From contig JANXZU010000034.1 in NCBI GenBank assembly GCA_025355345.1, positions 6,143 through 70,142 of the forward strand: DNA of 64,000 bases. The letters are read 5' to 3'. The stretch is from Syntrophaceae bacterium (GTDB lineage Bacteria > Desulfobacterota > Syntrophia > Syntrophales > Smithellaceae). The notes beneath the pieces were generated by a model. It did not search any database. It was not told the DNA's origin and saw only the letters and a program-made list of their open reading frames with translations. The translations under genes and the position numbers were made by a program. Positions 38,739 through 50,032 of this stretch are shown in pieces (the first letter of the stretch is position 1; each line of letters opens with the position of its first letter).

Positions 38739-38807
38739 TAATGAGACTTAAGTTTCAGAAACGAAGTGAACTGAAACTTGTTAGTCGAATTATCCCGCTG
38801 AAAGCGG
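38739..38807 (+). repeat. solo composite hairpin-repeat unit D
   Basis: TAATGAGAC-TTAAGTTTCAG-AAACGAAGTGAA-CTGAAACTTGTTA-GTCGAATTATCC-CGCTGAAAGCGG. Confidence 0.8.
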
Positions 38808-38829
38808 TTGTAGAAGAAAGGATAAACTT

Positions 38830-38982
38830 ATGAATCTGCATCTTAGCCTTGGTCCAGTATTGTCGCTTATTACTGGTATTATCATTCTAATCTTTCCGAA
38901 GCTTCTAAACTTTATAGTAGCAATCTATCTGATCATCATCGGATTTATTGGAATTTTTGGTCACGGTCGCATTAGCTTGTAA
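38830..38982 (+). CDS. 50-aa two-helix membrane protein (DUF3096-like)
   Basis: Below the ORF-track cutoff. MNLHLSLGPVLSLITGIIILIFPKLLNFIVAIYLIIIGFIGIFG matches the DUF3096 pattern as I remember it. AAGGA lies upstream. Confidence 0.5.
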   Translation: MNLHLSLGPVLSLITGIIILIFPKLLNFIVAIYLIIIGFIGIFGHGRISL

Positions 38983-38987
38983 ATGGT

Positions 38988-41900
38988 TTATTGCTTTCGC
39001 GATGCCGGCATCAGAACCTCAACAGAATGTTTCTGATGATCATTAATCAGCGGAATAGCCATGTCTTGAGCAACGGCACCATCAATTGTTACGCTGCCCA
39101 CTTCAAACTCTTGATTTGTTTTCCGGACAGTAATTAGGTAAACACTCTGCCGAAACACATATTTAATTTTGAATTCTCCCCAATCTTCAGGGAGGCATGG
39201 ATTAAATGTTATTTTGTCCATGTTAATAGATATTCCTAGCAGCGACTCCAGAACAAGCCTGTACATCCAGGCAGCAGATCCGGTAAACCATGTCCAACCG
39301 CCACGGCCGACATGCGGATACACAGCATAGACATCGGAAGCAATAACATAAGGCTCAACTTTATAAATATCCACATCCTCGGGCGACCTCGCGTGATTTA
39401 TCGGGTTTATTATAGACAATAGATCCCACAGACGCTGATTGTCGTGTAAAGCGGCAAAAGCCATGGCCGCCCATACCGCCGCGTGAGTGTACTGACCGCC
39501 ATTTTCTCTCACACCGGGAACATAACCCTTAATATAACCCGGCTCCAGTTCAGACTTATCAAAAGGCGGGTCAAGCAACTGGATTAGTTTTTTGTCGCGG
39601 TGAACCAGATACTTATCTAAAGATTCCATCGCTTGCCGCACCCGGTCATAAGCTCCGGCACCGGAGAGAACAGACCAACTTTGCGCAATCGAATCAATCC
39701 GGCATTCCGTATTTGCTGCTGATCCCAATACTGAGCCGTCATCGAAATATGCACGGCGGTACCAGTTGCCATCCCAGCCTTCGCGCTCTATGCTTTGTTG
39801 TAGATTGGCAGCTTCTTTATTGCATAAATCGGCAAATGGGATGTCAATTTTCAGGCGGGCAATTTCAGAAAACTTCATGAGTACCTCATACAGGAAGAAA
39901 CCCATCCAGACACTTTCTCCTTTACCTTCCTCTCCTACCTTATTCATGCCGTCATTCCAGTCGCCACAGCCCATAAGCGGCAGGCCATGACTGCCGAATT
40001 TTAATCCCCTTTTAATAGCTCGCACACAGTGATCATATAAACTTGTTGCTTCATCAGATAAACCAGGCAGTTCGTAATAGGAATCCTCCTGTGCGTCCAG
40101 CTGACGACCCTCAATAAACATTACTGCTTCATTCAAAATGCCCCGATCACCGGTAGTGTTAATATAGCGGCTCACAGCTAAAGGCAGCCACAGATAATCA
40201 TCAGAACATTGCGTGCGCACACCCCTTCCGGAAGGCGGATGCCACCAATGCTGCACATCTCCTTCCTGAAATTGACGGCTTGCGCATAAAAGCAAATGCT
40301 GACGTACAAGATCCGGTTGGGCATAAACAAGCGACATTGTATCCTGCAACTGGTCACGGAAACCAAAGGCACCGCCGGACTGGTAATAACCGTTTCGAGC
40401 CCAAAGACGGCATGATATCGTCTGGTATAATAACCAGCCATTGGTTAATATATTGAGAGACTGGTCCGGCGTTTCCACTTGTATAGTGCCTAGTGTCTTG
40501 TGCCAGTATTTCTGAACTTCATTAAGAATGCTTTGCGCTATTGTTGATCCTCTGAAATTTTTAACCGTGTTACTGGCATCATCAGCACCTCTTCTACCGG
40601 TAACACCAAGTCTGAAGATTGTTTCATGATTCTGTCCATCATCTAATTCAAAGTTAACCTGTATGGCGGCGCAGGGATCAAGGGCTGCGCCGACTTTGCC
40701 GGAGAGTTGAGAACGCGTCATGGCTGCTGGACTTGCAAGGTCACCATTACGCCCGATAAACTCCGTTCTGTCTCCGGTGATAATTCGATTTTTATCATCT
40801 ACATCAAAATAAACTACCCGATCAGCAAATTCAGTATTATAAGAATTGCGTGCAAAAATCGCCCCGCTTGCCATATCTACTTCGGTTGTAACATGCATCA
40901 TCGTTTTTGAGCGCAAATCACCCAGCACCCACTCCACATATCCTGTTACAGATAGACTGCGGGAACGACCTGATTCATTGTGCAATTTTAATACTGTAAA
41001 TTTAATCGGTGCATCTATTGCCACATAAATCCACAACTCTGATCTAATTCCCTCTTCAATGTGCTCAAAAACACTGTAACCAAATCCGTGCCGGGTTATA
41101 TATGGTGTAGCCGCTCGGCAGGGAAGTGGCATGGGCGACCAGAAATGTCCTGTTTCTTCATCACGAATATAGAACGCCTCTGGGCTCAAATCGCTTACCG
41201 GATCGTTGTACCAAGGTGAAAGACGGAACTCATGGGCATTCTCACTCCAGGTTGAAGCAGAACCGCTCTCTGAAATTACTGATCCGAAATGAGGATTAGC
41301 CAATACATTAACCCAGGGCGCAGGTGTCACACTTCCGGGTTTTGTTATAATCACATATTCTCGTCCGTCGGTTGTAAATCCGCCAAGCCCGTTTGCAAAA
41401 ACCAGCTCTGGTAAAGTGATCTGTTTTGGCTTCTTGATTTGTGCATGTTGAGTCCGAGTAGGTTTGAAACGAGGAACAACCGATTCTGTAAGAGGACGAC
41501 GGCTGATTTGTTCTATCAGAGTGCCCCTGCTGTCTTTTAGTATTACACGGGCAACAGTTTGCAAAAGGATTCTGTCTTCGTTTGATATCAAGTCACCGGG
41601 CCTGACAAATATGCCGCCCGGTTTGTCAATCACATTCGCTTCAATACCTGCTGTAATCATGCCCTTTATCTGGTCATGGAGAAATTGTCTGTAGATCGCG
41701 TTATCTTCATTCCAGATTACAAGATCAACTGCCAGTCCTTTTAAGCGCCAGTATGCATGTGCCTGTTCAAGTTGACGTACAAGCTCTATATTTGCATGGT
41801 CACTGATCTGAAGCAGCACAATAGGCAAATCTCCGGAAATGGCATAACCCCACAAACCCGATTGCCCGCGACGGTTTTTGAAGATAATCTTCGGATCGGC

Positions 41901-44900
41901 GCGCAGAGCTGAATTGCCGTAAATTATTGAACCTGCCATACGTCCGTAAAGCTGGGCGTCGGCTTCTGTGGCATTTATTTGCCGCAACACAACATGACTG
42001 TGTGTCTGTGCCAGATCAAAAACACGATCGGCAAGATGGCGATCTGAATATTTTTCGGCAAGATTAAGCGCATTATCCCGTGTTTCACCGATACCGGAAA
42101 CAATATTAATCGTCACCGATTGTCCCGGATCCAATTTAACGCGGCAACGTATGGATACAATGGGATCCAGGACTGAACCTTCAGTATCCGAAAGTGTTTT
42201 GGACTTATCGACAGACCAATTCATCGCCTGCGGGTTTACTATAGTATTTCCACGACCAATAAATTTCAGACGATCTGTTTCATAAGATAATTCTTTTTTC
42301 TCCACCTCGTGCAATGCCATCAGATGAAACATCCAGTGTGAAGGTTCATCTTTTGAACGTGGTCTTCTTGTACAAAGAATCGTCTGGCGTGCACGCAGGA
42401 TTTCCGTCTGAACAAAAAGATTACCAAAGGCGGGATGCAGCGCATCAGCTGCCGGCACCGCAAGAACAATTTCCGCGTAACTGGTTACATCAATTTCTCT
42501 GATTCTTCTGGAACGGTTTGTGACACGTACACGCCGTAACTCAATATCATCCTCGGGAGATACTGCTATTTCCGTGTGCGTGTTGATTTCATGATCTCGA
42601 CGGCGAAACTCAACCTTTGCATCAGAAAGAATAGCTTCATATCTTTCCGGTTGTTTCAGCGTTGGTTGATAAGCTGTAGACCAATACTCTCCGCTTGCCA
42701 GGTCACGAATGTAACAGAATGTACCCCAATTATCGCGGGTGAAATCTTCGCGCCAGCGTGTAAGGGCCATGTCCTTCCAGCGGCTGTATCCTCCTCCCGC
42801 ACTGGTAACCATCAGATGGTATCTTCCATTAGATAATAACTGCACCTTTGGTATGGGCGAACTGGGAGTATTAAATATACGTGCCGGAATCCTTTGCTGT
42901 TGGAAAGTCTTCCGAATAATAATATCCTCTTCGATTTGCTGATAGAAAGCAACAGCTCTGGGAACGCGCTCCTGGAGGAGTAGCATAGCTGATTGAAACA
43001 TCGGATCAGACTCGAAACGCCTCTGCATCGGACAATCAAGAAGAAGGTAGGCAAGCGCCAGTAAGCTCATGCCTTCATGATGAGCCATAAACGATCTTAC
43101 TACAACACTCGATTGACCACTTGGTACTCTTGAAGGCGTATAATCAATCGCCTCATAGAAACCATAGGGCCCTTCCATACCCTCCCGACTCAACCTCTGC
43201 AAATTTAGACAGGCATCCTCAGGTGCTACCATCAGAGCCAGCGCTGAAGCGTACGGAGCCACAACCAGATCATCGGAAAGTCCTCTTTTCAGGCCGAGTC
43301 CTGGAACACCAAAAGCATGATACTGATAGTTCAGATGGATATCGATTGTGCTGTATCCTGATTCTGAAATGCCCCATGGCACTCCCCTTTCTTTTCCATA
43401 ATCAATCTGTCTTCTTACGGCTGCCTTATAAGTCTGGTCCAGCAGTGTATTTTCATAATTAGGCATTACCAGAAGCGGCATAAGATACTCAAACATTGAA
43501 CCATCCCAGGAAAGAAGAACCGGATATTTCCCCGGATTAGTCAGAAGTCGTCCCAGAGCAAACCAGTTTTCCTGTGGTAGTTGCCCCTGGGCAATTCCGA
43601 TGAAAGTGCAAAATCTGGCCTCCGATGCCAATAGGTCATAGTAACTTGCGTCACGACGGCGCTCACCAACGCTATAGCCGATGGTTAACAATTGACGTCC
43701 TTTATCAAACAGGAAGCTGTAATCCATATCAGCATAGTCATTTGCCTGCGATGCCAGACGATTGATCGCTTCTATTCTTTCTTCCGCACGCTTACTGCTT
43801 TCCTTGACCATCTGGCGAAAATCAGCAAACCACGCTGTCTCCTCGGCAGTTGAATTGCTGCCAATTATGTTTTCAATTCCTTTTAGTAAGGACATTTCTG
43901 ATCTTGTCAATTCCCTTAACGTGGGAATTGAAATTGTTTCAAAGTACTCACTGATTCTTGCCGTAGGTGATTTAAGCGTAATCCAGGGGCAAAAAAAGGT
44001 TGCTTCATCTAAGGCATCTCCACATTGATGCACCAGGGCTTTGACCCACTTCATTATAGAACTTTCTGTTTTTGCATCAAAGGAGGAAGCAAGGTCAATT
44101 GACGACTTCGCAAGATGATCGAGACAATGAAACACCGGTTTTAGCTTCATTTTGCCGGGATCAGTAAGTGATCCGAGATATCTTTGAAAATCGGCAAGTT
44201 GTTTTTGTGCCGCAACTCCCGGATTATCCATAAGGACAGTAACAGTATCGCTTATACCTTTGAATAATTGAGATCCCAAAATCTTCTGATCGGGTAGATC
44301 AATAAAACCCCATCGCAAAGTCAATAAGTGCCCGCCAAGATTACCGCTGTCAACTGTGGATATGTAATGAGGTGGGAGGGTTGCCAGGCTTTGAGTGTCA
44401 TACCAATTATAAAAGTGACCACGATAGCGATCCATTTTCGCCATCGTCTGGAAGGTATTAGTTGTACGTTCGATTAATTCTCCTGCCGTTATATACCCAA
44501 AATCATACGCGGATAAATTTGCCAGCAAGGACATCCCCATGTTTGTAGGCGATGTGCGATGTGTAATTACGTTAGCCGGATGTTCCTGAAAGTTATCAGG
44601 CGGCAGCCAATTATCCTCCGGACCAACAAAAGTTTCAAAGAATGTCCATGTTTTTCGTGCAATTTTTCTAAGAAAGATAATTTGTCCATCTTTAAGTTCT
44701 ATACCGCCAACAACAATTTTCCGGCTTACCCACCAGGTAATTACAGGAGACAGAAACCAGAGAATCAGAATAATAATAGCTACGCTAAGCGCTGCCGGTC
44801 GCGCTTTCAGCAAATAAATAAATAGCCCGGTAGAAAGCAAAGGACCTATCCACATTGCCCGACATGAGGCAACAAAGTGATTGCCACTGAGATTTGTAGG

Positions 44901-47732
44901 ATTGGAGGAAGGATTCCACTCCAGCAGTCTCCTGTGTGAAACGAGCAACCTCCAGAGTGTACGGACAATCGCATCCAGACTGAAAAAAGCTTCGTAAGGA
45001 AGGCAAACAAGTATAAACAAAGTCTGATAAATGTGCCTTCTGCCTTGACGGAAGGCAGCAACAAAATGTTGACTAAGCGCCACATCTCCCGGCTTGTTTA
45101 AGAGTTCCATAAATATTTCAGCAGCTGAAGGAATCAGAAATATTCCAAGTACCATTATTGTCCAGAGCCAAACCGGAGACATGATGGCCCATCCCATAAT
45201 TAACATCAAGGTCAGCGCCGCCGGAACCAGACTGCGCCTGAGATTGTCGAATATCTTCCACTGAGAAAGCCATGATATTGTGTTTTTTTGATATTCCCCA
45301 CCAGAGACTGGAACTTTAGACCTTAGCCAACCGGCGATTTGCCAATCACCGCGAATCCAGCGATGCCTTCGGCTCACATCAGCACTGTATTGCGAAGGGT
45401 GCTCCTCGTATAATTGAACATCGGAAAGCAAACCACAACGCGCATGGCAACCTTCTATAAGATCGTGGCTAAGTATCATATTTTCCGGAAATCGTTCACT
45501 CAGTGACTTTTCAAACGCATCGACATCATAAATGCCTTTACCAATGTAGGAACCTTCACCGAATACATCCTGGTAGATATTAGAAACAACGCGCGTATAT
45601 GGATCAATACCGGTTTCACCGCCCCATAATTGCGCGTACCTTGAGTTACCGTCGCGCGATAAGCTTTCGGCGAGGCGAGGTTGAAGAATTCCGTAACCTT
45701 CAACAATACGATGAGTTGCTTCATCATAAAGCGGTCGATTCAGCGGATGAGCCATTGTTCCCACAAATTGCTGAGCGGAATCACGGGGAAGTTGAGTATC
45801 AGTATCCAGCGTAATAACGTACTTCACATTAGATAATATTTCAGTAATGCCGACGATAAGAGAAAAGCGATCATTTGCTCCTCCTCGCAGGAAGGCATTT
45901 AAGTCTGCTATTTTCCCACGCTTGCGTTCATAACCCATCCATATTTGTTCCTTTGGATTAAAACGGCGTGGACGGTGGAAAAGAAAGAAAAGACCTCCTT
46001 TCACACCTCTGTATTTATCATTTAGTTCTTCAATCCTCTTTTCTGCCAATACCAACAACTCATCATCAGCTGCAGTTGTTTCCTCATGAGCATCACGAAA
46101 ATCAGTAAGCAAAGCAAAGTGCAGGTTATTGTCCCTATTTGCTAAAAATCTTATTTCTAATGATTCGACCAGGTCTTCAACGTTTGAAGTACTCGTTAGC
46201 ATAGTAGGGATTATAACCAGAGTGCTTGATTCCGGTGGAATTTCGCGGGAGAAGTCCATACGCGGCAGCGGATGCGGCCTGGCCAAACGCGATGACAGCC
46301 AGTTTGCCAAGGCTACAGCCAGACTACTTGCGCCAAGAATAAAAATAATAGTTACAGGCGCCAGCATCCAACCATGAAAACTATGGGCTTGAACATAAGC
46401 CAGTAAACCACCGGCGACAATCAGTGTGATTGCCATTATTGTTCCAAGATACATAAATAAAGGAAATCTGGCTAAATATCGACGGATAAAATTAAAGACA
46501 GGCTGGCGCATCTGAGCCCTTTTTTCAAGTTCACGCAATCCATTGTCGATCAGGTAATAACCAACATGCGCAACCCGATCATTGTTGCCATGCTTTGATA
46601 AGCATTCTCCGGACAAATCGACTGCCAGGCGAGCCACTTCACTTTCGGATATGGGGCTGTTCTTGGCTATCCTTTCAACGATATGACGATATCGATCTCG
46701 TGTTGTAAAATCCATCTTAATGTATGTATCACTGGGGTCTTCAAGGAGAATCTGTTCGACAATGCTCATTGTCTCAACAAACTCACGCCAGTTCATAGCC
46801 GCCAGAAACCGAAGACTGCCGATACTGTTACTAACAGATACCTGATCAGCGGCCTGCTGCTGATTCTCTGATTGGACCATCTGTTCAATCGTCAGATTAG
46901 ATTCGGCAAGCCGTTGCTCAACCCATGTAAGCGGCAACGCAAAAGCCGGACTCTGCCCACGTAAACGACGCGTAAATTCCGCGACAAACGATCTTGTCAT
47001 CGGTTGATCGGACCTTGCTAAATCAGCGATTACTAAAACGATGTTTTTGGGGTCTCTTTTGACAACATCCGCCATCTGGTCTGCCCAATAATCCGCGCGC
47101 GCCCTATCGGCCATGGCTGCCATGCTTAACTTTCCAATACGCCTTAGATTTTCGATCAGTGCCAGGCGAAGCATGATCGGGATTGCCCATAACTCACCCA
47201 ATTTTAAATATGTTACTGTTTGGTAGGACGTGATAAAACTGATCAGGCTTTCCATATCCACCCGTCCATCCCCATGGGAAATTGTCTCCAGCGCAATCTC
47301 ATATACACGGGGGAATCCCGCCAATGGGCCATTTTGAAGACGCGGCAATCCACGACTATAATCTTTGGACAAATGTCTTTTAGCCAAGCGAATATTTTCT
47401 TCAATCAAATAGAAATTATCGAGAAGCCATTCTTCGGCAGGTGCTATAGGATTGTTTTCTTTGACAACGGAGGTCAGTTGATTACATGTTTCAATCAACA
47501 AATTTTGATTTTCATTAAGCCGCGACAGAAGCTTTTCAGAAGTCTTTTTACTCGTCAACTTATGCACGCCCGCCAGTGTTTTACTGTGTTGCTTCATCTG
47601 ATCGGTGCTCAGCAATTCCGATCGCAGGGGCAATTCATCGTAGGAGTGCTTCCTGCCGAAAGCACCACTGAGGTTGCGTTTTTTCACGCTCGGCAATGGC
47701 TCTTCTAAATTTGTCTTGTCGATAAACTTCAC
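38988..47732 (-). CDS. ndvB: cyclic beta-1,2-glucan synthase (Cgs/NdvB/ChvB-type: TM + GT84 domain + GH94 phosphorylase-like domain)
   Basis: 2914 aa with a GTG start after GAGGAG. Shows ITLDTDTQLP (DxD glycosyltransferase), several TM blocks, and a C-terminal GH94-like region with FGFRDQLQD. Size and order match Cgs. Confidence 0.85.
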   Translation of the reverse strand: MKFIDKTNLEEPLPSVKKRNLSGAFGRKHSYDELPLRSELLSTDQMKQHSKTLAGVHKLTSKKTSEKLLSRLNENQNLLIETCNQLTSVVKENNPIAPAEEWLLDNFYLIEENIRLAKRHLSKDYSRGLPRLQNGPLAGFPRVYEIALETISHGDGRVDMESLISFITSYQTVTYLKLGELWAIPIMLRLALIENLRRIGKLSMAAMADRARADYWADQMADVVKRDPKNIVLVIADLARSDQPMTRSFVAEFTRRLRGQSPAFALPLTWVEQRLAESNLTIEQMVQSENQQQAADQVSVSNSIGSLRFLAAMNWREFVETMSIVEQILLEDPSDTYIKMDFTTRDRYRHIVERIAKNSPISESEVARLAVDLSGECLSKHGNNDRVAHVGYYLIDNGLRELEKRAQMRQPVFNFIRRYLARFPLFMYLGTIMAITLIVAGGLLAYVQAHSFHGWMLAPVTIIFILGASSLAVALANWLSSRLARPHPLPRMDFSREIPPESSTLVIIPTMLTSTSNVEDLVESLEIRFLANRDNNLHFALLTDFRDAHEETTAADDELLVLAEKRIEELNDKYRGVKGGLFFLFHRPRRFNPKEQIWMGYERKRGKIADLNAFLRGGANDRFSLIVGITEILSNVKYVITLDTDTQLPRDSAQQFVGTMAHPLNRPLYDEATHRIVEGYGILQPRLAESLSRDGNSRYAQLWGGETGIDPYTRVVSNIYQDVFGEGSYIGKGIYDVDAFEKSLSERFPENMILSHDLIEGCHARCGLLSDVQLYEEHPSQYSADVSRRHRWIRGDWQIAGWLRSKVPVSGGEYQKNTISWLSQWKIFDNLRRSLVPAALTLMLIMGWAIMSPVWLWTIMVLGIFLIPSAAEIFMELLNKPGDVALSQHFVAAFRQGRRHIYQTLFILVCLPYEAFFSLDAIVRTLWRLLVSHRRLLEWNPSSNPTNLSGNHFVASCRAMWIGPLLSTGLFIYLLKARPAALSVAIIILILWFLSPVITWWVSRKIVVGGIELKDGQIIFLRKIARKTWTFFETFVGPEDNWLPPDNFQEHPANVITHRTSPTNMGMSLLANLSAYDFGYITAGELIERTTNTFQTMAKMDRYRGHFYNWYDTQSLATLPPHYISTVDSGNLGGHLLTLRWGFIDLPDQKILGSQLFKGISDTVTVLMDNPGVAAQKQLADFQRYLGSLTDPGKMKLKPVFHCLDHLAKSSIDLASSFDAKTESSIMKWVKALVHQCGDALDEATFFCPWITLKSPTARISEYFETISIPTLRELTRSEMSLLKGIENIIGSNSTAEETAWFADFRQMVKESSKRAEERIEAINRLASQANDYADMDYSFLFDKGRQLLTIGYSVGERRRDASYYDLLASEARFCTFIGIAQGQLPQENWFALGRLLTNPGKYPVLLSWDGSMFEYLMPLLVMPNYENTLLDQTYKAAVRRQIDYGKERGVPWGISESGYSTIDIHLNYQYHAFGVPGLGLKRGLSDDLVVAPYASALALMVAPEDACLNLQRLSREGMEGPYGFYEAIDYTPSRVPSGQSSVVVRSFMAHHEGMSLLALAYLLLDCPMQRRFESDPMFQSAMLLLQERVPRAVAFYQQIEEDIIIRKTFQQQRIPARIFNTPSSPIPKVQLLSNGRYHLMVTSAGGGYSRWKDMALTRWREDFTRDNWGTFCYIRDLASGEYWSTAYQPTLKQPERYEAILSDAKVEFRRRDHEINTHTEIAVSPEDDIELRRVRVTNRSRRIREIDVTSYAEIVLAVPAADALHPAFGNLFVQTEILRARQTILCTRRPRSKDEPSHWMFHLMALHEVEKKELSYETDRLKFIGRGNTIVNPQAMNWSVDKSKTLSDTEGSVLDPIVSIRCRVKLDPGQSVTINIVSGIGETRDNALNLAEKYSDRHLADRVFDLAQTHSHVVLRQINATEADAQLYGRMAGSIIYGNSALRADPKIIFKNRRGQSGLWGYAISGDLPIVLLQISDHANIELVRQLEQAHAYWRLKGLAVDLVIWNEDNAIYRQFLHDQIKGMITAGIEANVIDKPGGIFVRPGDLISNEDRILLQTVARVILKDSRGTLIEQISRRPLTESVVPRFKPTRTQHAQIKKPKQITLPELVFANGLGGFTTDGREYVIITKPGSVTPAPWVNVLANPHFGSVISESGSASTWSENAHEFRLSPWYNDPVSDLSPEAFYIRDEETGHFWSPMPLPCRAATPYITRHGFGYSVFEHIEEGIRSELWIYVAIDAPIKFTVLKLHNESGRSRSLSVTGYVEWVLGDLRSKTMMHVTTEVDMASGAIFARNSYNTEFADRVVYFDVDDKNRIITGDRTEFIGRNGDLASPAAMTRSQLSGKVGAALDPCAAIQVNFELDDGQNHETIFRLGVTGRRGADDASNTVKNFRGSTIAQSILNEVQKYWHKTLGTIQVETPDQSLNILTNGWLLYQTISCRLWARNGYYQSGGAFGFRDQLQDTMSLVYAQPDLVRQHLLLCASRQFQEGDVQHWWHPPSGRGVRTQCSDDYLWLPLAVSRYINTTGDRGILNEAVMFIEGRQLDAQEDSYYELPGLSDEATSLYDHCVRAIKRGLKFGSHGLPLMGCGDWNDGMNKVGEEGKGESVWMGFFLYEVLMKFSEIARLKIDIPFADLCNKEAANLQQSIEREGWDGNWYRRAYFDDGSVLGSAANTECRIDSIAQSWSVLSGAGAYDRVRQAMESLDKYLVHRDKKLIQLLDPPFDKSELEPGYIKGYVPGVRENGGQYTHAAVWAAMAFAALHDNQRLWDLLSIINPINHARSPEDVDIYKVEPYVIASDVYAVYPHVGRGGWTWFTGSAAWMYRLVLESLLGISINMDKITFNPCLPEDWGEFKIKYVFRQSVYLITVRKTNQEFEVGSVTIDGAVAQDMAIPLINDHQKHSVEVLMPASRKQ

Positions 47733-47991
47733 TCTTCAGGTCTCCTCACTAAATTGAAAATTGGAATTTTACGATTAATAATCAAGCACAAAACCAAAAT
47801 TGTCAGAAACTGTTTACTTTCTGAAAATATAACATTACACGCCGGAACATATGGAGAAATGAATTATGTGGTGGAAACAATAATATATTAGAAATACAAT
47901 TACATTTTATATTAAATAAATGCAAAATTCAATTTTATTTTAATAGGATGATGGAATTGGATTTATTAGACAAATCACAAAATACGAAATA

Positions 47992-50025
47992 TCACGCTTT
48001 ATTATATTCAGAGAAAATCATGGAAAATGTTGCACGGCCTTGAGTTGCAGACCGCAAATCAGTGGAATAACCGAACATGGCTTTGAGAGGAACTTTTGCT
48101 TTAACTTCACTGATTGTACCTTTGGGATTGACGGCTTGTATCTCGCCTTTACGGGAGTTGATATCTCCGATGACTTCTCCAACAAATTCACCGGGGGTAA
48201 TAATATCAACAAGCATAATCGGCTCCAGCATAACCGGATCAGCCTGATTACATCCGTCACGAAAAGCAGTAGCCGCCGCTATCTTGTATCCCTGGGCCGA
48301 AGACTCACCTTCCTTGAAAGATCCTCCGATTATTGTCACGCTAATATCTGTAACTGGATAGCTGCTGAGGACTCCACTCATCAAAGCCTCTCTAATGCCT
48401 TCTTCAATTGCCTCATGATATTCAGCGGGTATAATGCCATCAGCCAGTTTATTGATTATTTCATTTCCGGATGCACGTTTTCGCGGTGCCATTAAGAGCC
48501 GAACATGACCTGCATGTTTCTTGTCGCCAAGTTCTCTTTCAAAAACTCCTTCAACTTCAATCTGTTTTTGAATTGTCTCACGATAAACAACACGAGGCCT
48601 TCCGACATTAACGTGAGCGTTGAATTCACGGCGCAACCTATCAACGATGATTTCCAGATGAAGTTCACCCATTCCGGAAATCACTGTTTGTGCAGTTTCG
48701 TCATCATATTTCACCCGCAGCGTAGGATCTTCATCGAGCAGTTTTATCAGCGATGAATTTAGCTTTTCCTGATCGGCAGGCGTTTTGGCTTCAATTGCCT
48801 GACTGATTACCGGTTCATAAAATTCCATCAACTCCAGCATAATAGGATGAGCTTCATCACAAAGAGTGTCCCCTGTGGTTGTGTCTTTGAGTCCCATAAC
48901 GGCAATCAGCTCTCCTGCCGAAGCTTTTTCGATTCTTTCTCTTTTATTGGCGTGCATGCGCAAAAGACGGGCAACTTTTTCTTTTTTCTTTTTTACCGGA
49001 TTGTAGACTTCATCATTGGCATGTATTTGTCCTGAATAAATTCGCAAATAAGTAAGTTTGCGGCCATCATCAAGCATGATCTTAAAAGCAAGCGCCGCAA
49101 GCGGTTCCTTATCAGAGCTGTGCCTTACCTCTTCATTTTTAGTAATCGGATTAATCCCTTTTACCGGCGGTATATCTTCCGGAGATGGCAGAAAATTAAT
49201 CACCGCATCCAGTATTGGCTGAATACCTTTATTTCGCAGTGCGGCTCCACAAAGTACTGGGACTATCTGCAAAGAAATGGTTGTTTTTCGTAATGCCGCC
49301 AGTATTTCCGCAACTGTTATTTCTTCGCCGCCTAAATACTTTTCGGCAAGAGCATCATCTGCTTCCGCCAGTATTTCAATCATTTTTTCTCTCTGGCTTG
49401 TGGCTTGTTCTCTAAATTCCTCCGGGATTTCCTGAATTGTATATTCCATGCCATGGCTTCCATCATCCCAAACCATCATTTTTTGATTTATTAAATCGAT
49501 TGCACCGCGAAATTTTTCTTCGCTTCCCGCGGGTATCTGAATGGGAACAGGAATGGAAGTAAAGCGTTCACCCATCATCCGGACAGCTTCAAAAAAATCA
49601 GCGCCGACCCTGTCCATCTTATTAATGAAAGATATTTTGGGAACTCCATACTTATCGGCCTGATGCCAGACAGTCTCTGATTGAGGCTCAACACAACCGA
49701 CGGCGCAAAACACAACTACAGCACCATCAAGCACACGCAAAGATCGCTCGACTTCAATAGTGAAATCAACATGGCCGGGTGTATCAATGATATGGATTTC
49801 ATGATTTTTCCAGTCACAAGTTGTAACTGCCGAAGTAATGGTTATGCCTCTTTCCTGTTCCTGCGGCATCCAGTCCATGACTGCCTCGCCATCATGAACT
49901 TCTCCCATCTTGTATGATTTACCGGTGTAATAAAGAATTCTTTCGCTGACGGTTGTTTTTCCCGCGTCAATGTGAGCGACTATGCCAATATTGCGTATCC
50001 TGGATATTTTTGATTTCGGTGCCAT
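47992..50025 (-). CDS. fusA: elongation factor G paralog (outside the str operon)
   Basis: [17 protein letters not shown] and NKMDR GTPase motifs plus domains II-V. 677 aa, with no rpsL/rpsG/tuf nearby. Confidence 0.9.
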   Translation of the reverse strand: MAPKSKISRIRNIGIVAHIDAGKTTVSERILYYTGKSYKMGEVHDGEAVMDWMPQEQERGITITSAVTTCDWKNHEIHIIDTPGHVDFTIEVERSLRVLDGAVVVFCAVGCVEPQSETVWHQADKYGVPKISFINKMDRVGADFFEAVRMMGERFTSIPVPIQIPAGSEEKFRGAIDLINQKMMVWDDGSHGMEYTIQEIPEEFREQATSQREKMIEILAEADDALAEKYLGGEEITVAEILAALRKTTISLQIVPVLCGAALRNKGIQPILDAVINFLPSPEDIPPVKGINPITKNEEVRHSSDKEPLAALAFKIMLDDGRKLTYLRIYSGQIHANDEVYNPVKKKKEKVARLLRMHANKRERIEKASAGELIAVMGLKDTTTGDTLCDEAHPIMLELMEFYEPVISQAIEAKTPADQEKLNSSLIKLLDEDPTLRVKYDDETAQTVISGMGELHLEIIVDRLRREFNAHVNVGRPRVVYRETIQKQIEVEGVFERELGDKKHAGHVRLLMAPRKRASGNEIINKLADGIIPAEYHEAIEEGIREALMSGVLSSYPVTDISVTIIGGSFKEGESSAQGYKIAAATAFRDGCNQADPVMLEPIMLVDIITPGEFVGEVIGDINSRKGEIQAVNPKGTISEVKAKVPLKAMFGYSTDLRSATQGRATFSMIFSEYNKA

Positions 50026-50032
50026 AAGAAAA

